DNA of 23,592 nt from Promethearchaeota archaeon (GTDB lineage Archaea > Asgardarchaeota > Lokiarchaeia > Sigyniarchaeales > Promethearchaeaceae): NCBI GenBank assembly GCA_018238965.1, contig JABCSI010000021.1, positions 1-23,592 on the forward strand, read 5' to 3'. Below the pieces are notes generated by a model. It saw only the letters and a list, made by a program, of their open reading frames with translations. It did no database searches and was not told the DNA's origin. How positions within the stretch are numbered: position 1 is the stretch's first letter; every line of letters begins with the position of its first letter. This document shows positions 8,924-15,084 of this stretch, in pieces. The position numbers were made by a program, and so were the translations under genes.

Positions 8924-9565
8924 ATGAAAGATGTTCATAAGTATCTCATCATTCACAGAGATAGTGGACTTTGCATTTTCGAGCAAACTTTTCAAGAATT
9001 TCCCAACCAATTTGATTCCAGTATACTCTCTGGTTATTTATTCGCTGTATTGACCATATCACAAGAGTTAACTGATGAGAATATTGAGTATATTCGCTTA
9101 AAAAATCTCAAGATCTCCTACAATTTATCCTTAAAATTTATTATGATTCTGATCACATCCAATGATTTGAATAACAACTACGTACAAGAGAAATTAACAA
9201 ATTTGCAAGAAATTTTCAATCGAAAATATTCCCAATTATTTCAAAAAGAATTTTCGGGGGACGTGGCGCCTTTCCAATCATTTGCGATTGATGTAGAGCA
9301 AAATTTACAAAGGGAGACCCAATATTTTCACTATGTGGATAAACGTTCAAACCAGTTGGAACAGCATTTTGATTCTTCAAAACTAAAATGGAAGGATTTT
9401 CACGCAATATTACTCGATAAAGCAGGAGTAGAAGGACAATGGTCAAAGAAAGTTCACTGCAAATTGGATAAAGTTACAGAAATTGATATCGCCCATTCGA
9501 GATTAAATTTAAAAGATCAGGATGATAAATCTCAAAAAACTTCCAAAAAACGAAATTGGGTATAA
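8924..9565 (+). CDS. Hypothetical protein with N-terminal longin-like domain and charged helical C-terminus
   Basis: 213-aa ORF. The first ~110 aa show a beta-beta-alpha-beta-beta-beta-alpha pattern typical of longin/SNARE-like regulatory folds: YLIIHRDSGLCIFEQTF / SILSGYLFAVLTISQEL / IEYIRLKNLKISYNL / KFIMILITS / VQEKLTNLQEIFNRKY. The call rests on secondary-structure pattern only. Confidence 0.4.
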   Translation: MKDVHKYLIIHRDSGLCIFEQTFQEFPNQFDSSILSGYLFAVLTISQELTDENIEYIRLKNLKISYNLSLKFIMILITSNDLNNNYVQEKLTNLQEIFNRKYSQLFQKEFSGDVAPFQSFAIDVEQNLQRETQYFHYVDKRSNQLEQHFDSSKLKWKDFHAILLDKAGVEGQWSKKVHCKLDKVTEIDIAHSRLNLKDQDDKSQKTSKKRNWV

Positions 9566-9632
9566 AATTAAGACTAAAAACGCCCCTCCCTATTATAATT
9601 ATTTCAATTTATTCTAATATCGATAAATATTT

Positions 9633-11924
9633 TTATTCAATTCGATATTCGAACGATTTGGCTAACTTTTTGTAAAGGGGTATGAAATCTTGAAATGAAT
9701 TGATTATATGAAATTGAATATAGTCAAGAAATTCTTCTGGGATAACTGATTGTAAAAGAGTTCCTCCCAAATCTAAAATTTTCATCCGGATATTTCCCTG
9801 TTTGAAGGAAGGGTGCAGGTGTTCATGAAAATCCGCAAAATCGTTCGTAGAACCATCTGTAATAAAAACTATAGAAATCGGGCGATTAGGATCTTCTGCG
9901 TGTATGTAGTCTATCAACTCATTACAATGGATAAGTGAATCTTTAACATTGGTAGATTGGCCACTGATCTCAATTGCATTATGCATCAGGGAAAGGACAT
10001 ATGATTTTAGAATCCCCGAACTCGGAATTGTCGAATCAATCCATGGGTCATTGGCCACAGTCGAAATTAAATGGGTTTTATCCGCAAATGTAAATAAGGA
10101 TGTTCGTTCCCCAATTTTTCGGGATAATTTTTCTAAGATATAAAGGAGGATGAAGAAGGTCGCCACGGTATGTCTCCGAGCATAGATTTCTGGCTTGAAT
10201 TTTAGGAAAGGTGATGGAATATTCAGTTGTTTTAAAAATACTTCCATCTTCTTAAATTCAAAATACTCTTTATCAATCCAAACGTCTTGGGAATTCATCG
10301 ATCGACTAATATCAAGCAGAAAAATCGTATCAAAGATTTCCAATTCCTCAAATTCGATCTCAATCTGGGTCGTTGGTGTCAAATTTCCTATTTCTTGCGG
10401 TCCCAAAGCGGGTTTACAGGATTTAAAAAAGAATTCTGCCTCAAAATCTGGATGTTTAATGGAGATACCTGGATAAATGAAATATTTCATGAAATGGATC
10501 CGGATTACCTCTATTCGACTTTTTATAGTTGAGGCAAGTTTCTCGTGGTTTCCCACATAATCAATGGGAATTTTGGCAAAAACTCTGAATTTTTCGAGGT
10601 TTAGAACTAATTTCTTACGTTTTTGAATAACTAATAAATCCGATTGTCCCAATTGATTATTGATAAGATTTGGATCAATATGGAATTCGTCATCTGGGAT
10701 TTCGTGCGACAATTGGATCTTTGCATACACTGTGAAAGATGAACCCGGTCGTAAAATCGCCGCAATATCCCCTTTGGCAAACCCTAATGCAGTTGCATTC
10801 CGATAATTCAATATTATCCTTCCTTGAATTTCTTCCTTAGGAATGGGTCTCAGTGTGATCTCTTTCACATTAATGATGGGTGGTTCCATGGAATAAATAA
10901 TAATTCGATGGTCGGGTTTTTTAGCGATATCTGATTCAAAAGCAGTCTCTAAATCCATTACAAGGGTATCGTCATCCATTTCTTCGAGTAATACCATGGC
11001 GATCCCATCTCCTCGGGTAATGGGATCTTCCCAAGCAACAAAAGCACCAGGGAAAACATGAAGTTTTTGGGCAAAATTGGGACTGATTACAACACAGCCG
11101 TCCAAATTGTGATTGGAAAGTTTAAAATGTGCAATGTGGGAATCTGGCTTAATTTCAACCAATTCGTAAATATCAATGCTATCGTGGTACTCCGAATCAT
11201 CGAATTCTTCTACAGGAAGTGGTATCGAATCCCTACCATCTGCTGCATCATCTGTTGTCTCCACTAATATGTCCTCGTATTCCGAGGCAATTTCATTAAA
11301 ATCAGGTTTATTTCCGGGGGTCTGCTTGTCTGCCCCTTCGACGATATCGGGTTCAGGTACGAGATCGAAATCATCTGTTATTTCTATTTTTTCAGTTAGT
11401 TCTATATCTTCCGTAATTTCTATATTCTCTGTAATCTCTACATTATCCGTAATTTCTACATTCTTCGAAATTTCAATATCTTCTGTATTGTCTTGTTTAT
11501 CCATGGGATTTTGCTTTATTATTACGGTTTTAAATAAATCTTCATCCTCCGGAGTAGGTATTGGCGCTTTTGCATGGAGAAACTCTCCCAAGAGCTGCGA
11601 TTGACTTTTCAATGAATTTTCATTCAGTTTATATTTCTTATAACCTTCGGAGGGACTCAAAAATTTCGCTCCATTTTCCACGATCACGCCACTACTTATA
11701 GGGAAAGGCATTGACTCAAATAAAATCGGTGTTGCAATTGTTCCTTCCGGTATTTCGGGGTTAATTTTCATCCTAACCGTGAAAAAATGCTTATTTTTTT
11801 TGCTTCCAGCCAAAACTCGGATTATACCACCCTCGGGAAGACCGATTTTGTGAGCGTCAAGATCATTCATTTCGGTCCCGGGAAATTGCTCAAGAATAAA
11901 GGTTGGTTGTACTTGAATCCGCAT
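9633..11924 (-). CDS. Multidomain protein: three cradle-loop/double-psi-barrel-like repeats, acidic hexapeptide tandem repeat, C-terminal vWA domain with complete MIDAS
   Basis: 763-aa ORF. There are three copies of a barrel-type motif (h-x-h-x-P/x-x-x-A-x-x-L/h-G-h-x-x-G-x-h-x-h). They are 'EMNDLDAHKIGLPEGGIIRVLAG' (aa 18-40), 'VVISPNFAQKLHVFPGAFVAWED' (aa 278-300) and 'IILNYRNATALGFAKGDIAAILR' (aa 370-392). Residues ~148-184 are (N/D)(V/I)EIT(E/D) repeats. The vWA motifs are 'FLLDISRSM' (DxSxS), 'SGQSTNVKDSL' (Thr) and 'SIVFITDGSTND' (Asp). Confidence 0.7.
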   Translation of the reverse strand: MRIQVQPTFILEQFPGTEMNDLDAHKIGLPEGGIIRVLAGSKKNKHFFTVRMKINPEIPEGTIATPILFESMPFPISSGVIVENGAKFLSPSEGYKKYKLNENSLKSQSQLLGEFLHAKAPIPTPEDEDLFKTVIIKQNPMDKQDNTEDIEISKNVEITDNVEITENIEITEDIELTEKIEITDDFDLVPEPDIVEGADKQTPGNKPDFNEIASEYEDILVETTDDAADGRDSIPLPVEEFDDSEYHDSIDIYELVEIKPDSHIAHFKLSNHNLDGCVVISPNFAQKLHVFPGAFVAWEDPITRGDGIAMVLLEEMDDDTLVMDLETAFESDIAKKPDHRIIIYSMEPPIINVKEITLRPIPKEEIQGRIILNYRNATALGFAKGDIAAILRPGSSFTVYAKIQLSHEIPDDEFHIDPNLINNQLGQSDLLVIQKRKKLVLNLEKFRVFAKIPIDYVGNHEKLASTIKSRIEVIRIHFMKYFIYPGISIKHPDFEAEFFFKSCKPALGPQEIGNLTPTTQIEIEFEELEIFDTIFLLDISRSMNSQDVWIDKEYFEFKKMEVFLKQLNIPSPFLKFKPEIYARRHTVATFFILLYILEKLSRKIGERTSLFTFADKTHLISTVANDPWIDSTIPSSGILKSYVLSLMHNAIEISGQSTNVKDSLIHCNELIDYIHAEDPNRPISIVFITDGSTNDFADFHEHLHPSFKQGNIRMKILDLGGTLLQSVIPEEFLDYIQFHIINSFQDFIPLYKKLAKSFEYRIE
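9690..10328 (-). other. vWA domain (MIDAS DxSxS...T...D) of the 763-aa protein
   Basis: Covers aa ~533-745. D538-x-S540-x-S542, T658 in GQSTN and D690 in ITDG are present in canonical order and spacing. Confidence 0.7.
11374..11487 (-). repeat. In-frame 18-bp tandem repeat (6 full units plus a partial) encoding (N/D)(V/I)EIT(E/D)
   Basis: Plus-strand units are tctgttatttctattttt / tcagttagttctatatct / tccgtaatttctatattc / tctgtaatctctacatta / tccgtaatttctacattc / ttcgaaatttcaatatct. They translate on the minus strand to DIEISKNVEITDNVEITENIEITEDIELTEKIEITDD. Confidence 0.9.
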
Positions 11925-11968
11925 AAAAAACCCCCAAAAATGCTGAAAATTCCAATTTTGGTATTAAG

Positions 11969-12005
11969 AAAAAAACGTGTTTATTTAATTTCCAATGAAA
12001 TTAAA
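11969..12005 (-). terminator. Candidate terminator: 9-bp perfect inverted repeat followed by T7 (minus-strand sense)
   Basis: tttaatttc (11984-11992) and gaaattaaa (11997-12005) are exact reverse complements with a 4-nt loop. They lie 15 nt past the Roadblock stop codon. A run of 7 A on the plus strand (11969-11975), which is T7 on the coding strand, follows. Confidence 0.35.
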
Positions 12006-12019
12006 CCAAAAATGAAGAT

Positions 12020-12406
12020 TTAAATTTTTGGATAAGTTTCACTAATTTTACCTGCATAAAATCTGAAAACTGCCACTGTTTTGCCAAGATCACGGATGGT
12101 CCGGGATGCCCCAATAAGGAAAAAGCGTCCGGCCGCAGAAATGACCATAAAACTCTTCTTTCCCCGCAGCACAACCTCAATTAACTTATTAAAGCCGATC
12201 TTTGTGATTGAATCGCTACCACTCTGGAGTAATACTGCTCCCATGGCGCAGAGACTATCAGGATCTACTTGGTAGCCGGGAATTGCCGAGAATGCTAGCC
12301 TCATACCTTCCTTTGAAACGAGCGCTAATGCTTCCAATTCAGTATTTTGTGTGATATTACTCAAATAGGCACTAAGATTCGCAGCATCTTGTTCTTTTAA
12401 TGACAT
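12020..12406 (-). CDS. Roadblock/LC7 (MglB-like) domain protein
   Basis: 128-aa ORF of single-domain size. The pattern 'LEALALVSKEGMRLAFSAIPG..VDPDSLCAMGAVLLQSG...IGFNKLIEVVLRGKKSFMVISAAGRFFLIGASR..DLGK' fits the Robl/LC7 alpha-beta-beta-alpha-beta-beta-beta consensus. A GAGG lies 8 nt upstream of the ATG. Confidence 0.75.
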   Translation of the reverse strand: MSLKEQDAANLSAYLSNITQNTELEALALVSKEGMRLAFSAIPGYQVDPDSLCAMGAVLLQSGSDSITKIGFNKLIEVVLRGKKSFMVISAAGRFFLIGASRTIRDLGKTVAVFRFYAGKISETYPKI

Positions 12407-12462
12407 TGTTTTCCTCTTCTCGATTGTAGATATACTGTTAGTGGTACTTGTTAATAAATATA

Positions 12463-13224
12463 TTAGATTTTTCTTAGGAATTCAATTGCAATTACTACTT
12501 GATTTTTTACCAAGACCCGGGGAACATATCCCTCAGCAAGGAATAAACCTTCTGGGAGAGTTGAGATGGGTTCCAAAATCCGTTCAACGGAAACTTTACC
12601 CAAGAATGGCTGCTTTTTCTCAGTGACAGAATATGATTTATCTCCCACTATCACCATTTCACGTTCGTATCCAGCCGGAACTTCATCTTCATCCAAAAGA
12701 TGGATGATATTATCAAGATTTTCTCGACTTTGGTAATTTTCTGGGGATGATTGGGAAGTTGTCGAATCTCCACCACCTGTATATAACGGTCCTGTCTGTT
12801 CAATGGAGCTATTATACTTGGTGTTCATCAATTGTGCATAGGAAGGCGCATTTTTCATAGGACCCGAAGATGATGGATCTATATCGAATTTAACATCCTC
12901 TCCATCATCTATCACCTCTTTCGCAAATCCATCGGTGGGCATATTTTCGATAGCCTCAAGGAATTCGGGGTCTTTATTGGTATCCTCCTCTTCCAGTGAA
13001 ATAGATCGGTAATTCAGCCCAACTTGGCTTCTAACAGTTTGAGATGTCCGAGCTCCGTTGAATTTCGATCGTACTTTGGCGTTTTGCCCGATCCATAAAT
13101 AGACGACTCGATTGGTATCATCTGATAAAATATAACACTCATTGCTGTCCAATAATTTCTTGATTGGAACTTGATCCTTTAACTCGTGCGCTTCGCCATT
13201 GCCCTTTACAATAAACACTTGCAT
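12463..13224 (-). CDS. Gelsolin/villin-type domain protein with unassigned C-terminal region (1-domain gelsolin + X architecture)
   Basis: 253-aa ORF. The N-terminal ~98 aa are 'MQVFIVKGNGEAHELKD..PIKKLLDSNECYILSDDTNRVVYLWIGQNAKVRSKFNGARTSQTVRSQVG..YRSISLEEEDTNKDPEFLEAI'. They follow the gelsolin-repeat consensus: strand; L/F-x-s-x-d-CYIL; iY-x-W-x-G-x-x-a; long helix; E-x-x-E-x-x-F. A low-complexity S/T/G/N linker and an ~80-aa C-terminal beta-rich region follow. Confidence 0.65.
   Translation of the reverse strand: MQVFIVKGNGEAHELKDQVPIKKLLDSNECYILSDDTNRVVYLWIGQNAKVRSKFNGARTSQTVRSQVGLNYRSISLEEEDTNKDPEFLEAIENMPTDGFAKEVIDDGEDVKFDIDPSSSGPMKNAPSYAQLMNTKYNSSIEQTGPLYTGGGDSTTSQSSPENYQSRENLDNIIHLLDEDEVPAGYEREMVIVGDKSYSVTEKKQPFLGKVSVERILEPISTLPEGLFLAEGYVPRVLVKNQVVIAIEFLRKI
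12931..13224 (-). other. Gelsolin-like domain (aa 1 to about 98)
   Basis: See the motif alignment described for the parent CDS. Confidence 0.6.
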
Positions 13225-13234
13225 TCTGTTTGTA

Positions 13235-13250
13235 CTCCTATATATATATA
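13235..13250 (-). promoter_or_regulatory. (TA)6 TATA-like box plus GGAG immediately upstream of the gelsolin-domain gene
   Basis: On the minus strand the sequence reads tatatatatata-GGAG-tacaaacaga-ATG. The TA tract sits 15-26 nt upstream of the ATG, which suggests a leaderless or short-leader promoter. The GGAG lies 10 nt upstream and is Shine-Dalgarno-like. The two readings are alternatives. Confidence 0.3.
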
Positions 13251-13275
13251 ATAATCTGATCTGCTAAAAATTATT

Positions 13276-14928
13276 TTAATTGAAAAAGTTTTTAGTTCTA
13301 AGATAGGGTCGTAACGCGTGTATCAAATCTGTCGCTTGAATTCGGTTGCCATATTTTTCCTTTGCTTCTTCTCCTAAGCGACCATTCAGATAAGTTGCAC
13401 ATATTGTTGCATTAAAGGGAGATACTCCAATAGCAAGAAAGGCTCCGGTCAACCCTGCAAGAATATCGCCAGTTCCTCCCACGGTCATTTCTGGGCATCC
13501 GGTTCGGTTTATTCGTAGATGGTGCGGTTGAAGGTCTTTTCCCTCATTGCCATTACTTCCCTTATTTCCTTCATCTCCCACATTTCCATTATGTTCCTTA
13601 TTCTTGGGTTGTGTGGTGTAATTATTGACAATATAATCATTCTTACCCTTCAAAACACATATTCCCTTAATGTTTTGGAATTTTTCAACTAAAAAGGATG
13701 CCATTTCCCCGTATTCTCCGTTTGGAGGTAATTTTGATATTTGCAGAAGTTGTTTCAGTTCCCCAACGTGTGGCGTGTAGACAATATTCGGGTTTTTGAA
13801 AGAAAATTGTTCTGAATGGATTAAATCGCCCAAGGATTTTAATGCATCGGCATCAATAACACATGGAATGTTTTTTGTGTTTATCCACTTGATGAGATTT
13901 TTGCAAAAAGTTCCCGTTTCATTGGAATTTCCGATACCAGGACCAAGAACTACGGCATCAGCCCTCGAACACAATTCTTGGGCAAGGGGGAGATCTTTTT
14001 CCGTTAAGGTTTCACTTTGACCCTCCCTAACAATTAAATTTGGGCTAAAGGAACGGATTGGAGAAGCAACAGAGGTGGGCACCAGTAAGGATACCAAATC
14101 AATGCCAAACTCTACGGCCGCTAAGGCCGCTAGGGATGGCGCGCCCGAGTATGTTTCGGATCCTCCGATAATTAATAATCTTCCATACTGTCCCTTATGA
14201 TCTTCGGGATTTCTTCGTCTCAAGCCACGACGCAAATCTCCCTTACCCACAAACCACTCCGCCTCAAGTGGGACTCCGATTGGTGCAATTTCAGTATGGA
14301 GAGCGCCGGATAATCCAATTTTTTCACGATGAAAGGTGATTCGAAAATCACATTGAACGGCAACATCCGGAACTGTTCCGGTATCGGGATCCATTCCCGA
14401 GGGAATATCGATAGATGCTTTTGGTATTTTTAGAGAATTGATTAAATTTATGGCGGATTTAATGGGTTCCCGAATTGTCCCCGAAATACCTGTTCCCAAT
14501 AATGCATCGATCGCAAGTGCTGTGGATTGGTTCAGGGAATTTGCCAAAGTGGGAGGGAACAGTGACGAATCGGATAGAATTTTGATTTGGATATTCAAGG
14601 GGAGCCTTGCCAATAGTTTCCAATTCTGTTGCGCTTCCGGAGTCCGAATCTTTGCGGGAATTCCACATAGAAAAACCTGGACTTGATATCCACGGGTGGC
14701 AAGATGGCGCGCAATCACGAAACCATCTCCTCCATTATTCCCTGTTCCACAGAAAATGGCAATCTTACTGCTCTCGGGGAGTGAATATTGCTTTAGGAGA
14801 TGTTCTGTCGCCTGTAATCCGGCGCATTCCATCAGAAGGATTTTTGGAATGCCCAAGCCTTCGGAGTTATCATCTAACCTTCCGATGTCATCTCCCATTA
14901 CGGAGCCCTTAAAAGATTTTAATCGCAT
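13276..14928 (-). CDS. nnr: Bifunctional NAD(P)H-hydrate repair enzyme Nnr (YjeF_N epimerase + ADP/ATP-dependent dehydratase)
   Basis: The N-terminal part has 'FCGTGNNGGDGFVIARHL' (YjeF_N). The C-terminal part has 'HKGQYGRLLIIGGS..YSGAPSLAALAA' and 'GGTGDILAG' (carbohydrate-kinase-like). The track start is TTG 14934. ATG at 14928 is preceded by aaGGAGaatttggaa and is the preferred start. Confidence 0.9.
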   Translation of the reverse strand: MRLKSFKGSVMGDDIGRLDDNSEGLGIPKILLMECAGLQATEHLLKQYSLPESSKIAIFCGTGNNGGDGFVIARHLATRGYQVQVFLCGIPAKIRTPEAQQNWKLLARLPLNIQIKILSDSSLFPPTLANSLNQSTALAIDALLGTGISGTIREPIKSAINLINSLKIPKASIDIPSGMDPDTGTVPDVAVQCDFRITFHREKIGLSGALHTEIAPIGVPLEAEWFVGKGDLRRGLRRRNPEDHKGQYGRLLIIGGSETYSGAPSLAALAAVEFGIDLVSLLVPTSVASPIRSFSPNLIVREGQSETLTEKDLPLAQELCSRADAVVLGPGIGNSNETGTFCKNLIKWINTKNIPCVIDADALKSLGDLIHSEQFSFKNPNIVYTPHVGELKQLLQISKLPPNGEYGEMASFLVEKFQNIKGICVLKGKNDYIVNNYTTQPKNKEHNGNVGDEGNKGSNGNEGKDLQPHHLRINRTGCPEMTVGGTGDILAGLTGAFLAIGVSPFNATICATYLNGRLGEEAKEKYGNRIQATDLIHALRPYLRTKNFFN

Positions 14929-15030
14929 TTCCAAATTCTCCTTATAAAAATAATAGGGAATTCAACTTTTTAATTTTCGCAAATATGCATCAAGGATTCA
15001 AAATTTTTCGGTTCTGAAGAGACTCTCTTA

Positions 15031-15084
15031 TTAATCTCGGATCCCGTGCGTGGTGAAACCATCCCAAAATTAAGAATATGTCAT
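15031..15084 (-). pseudogene. Possible remnant of a RelE/ParE-type toxin gene (collapsed to 17 codons with an internal stop)
   Basis: An ATG (15084-15082) overlaps the antitoxin stop in the classic ATGA arrangement. The frame reads MTYS*FWDGFTTHGIRD*. The tail loosely resembles the H-x-x-R-D C-terminus of ParE/RelE toxins. Only 146 bp separate the antitoxin from nnr, which is too short for an intact toxin. Confidence 0.3.

Noticed and set aside
11007-11015. RGD tripeptide (ITRGDGIA) in a vWA-containing protein, reminiscent of integrin ligands
   Set aside because: A three-residue motif is expected by chance in a 763-aa protein. No integrin-like receptor context exists in a prokaryote.
11374-11487. 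Regular 18-bp repeats considered as a possible mini-CRISPR or other non-coding array
   Set aside because: The units are contiguous with no spacers. They are in frame within a long ORF and encode a coherent hexapeptide repeat. No cas genes are present.
11176-11604. 142-aa Ser-rich ORF on the plus strand (…SSISSVISIFSVISTLSVIS…)
   Set aside because: It is the antisense reading of the acidic GAA/GAT-rich repeat region of the 763-aa minus-strand gene. Its low-complexity Ser/Ile content is a mirror artefact, and it has no independent start context.
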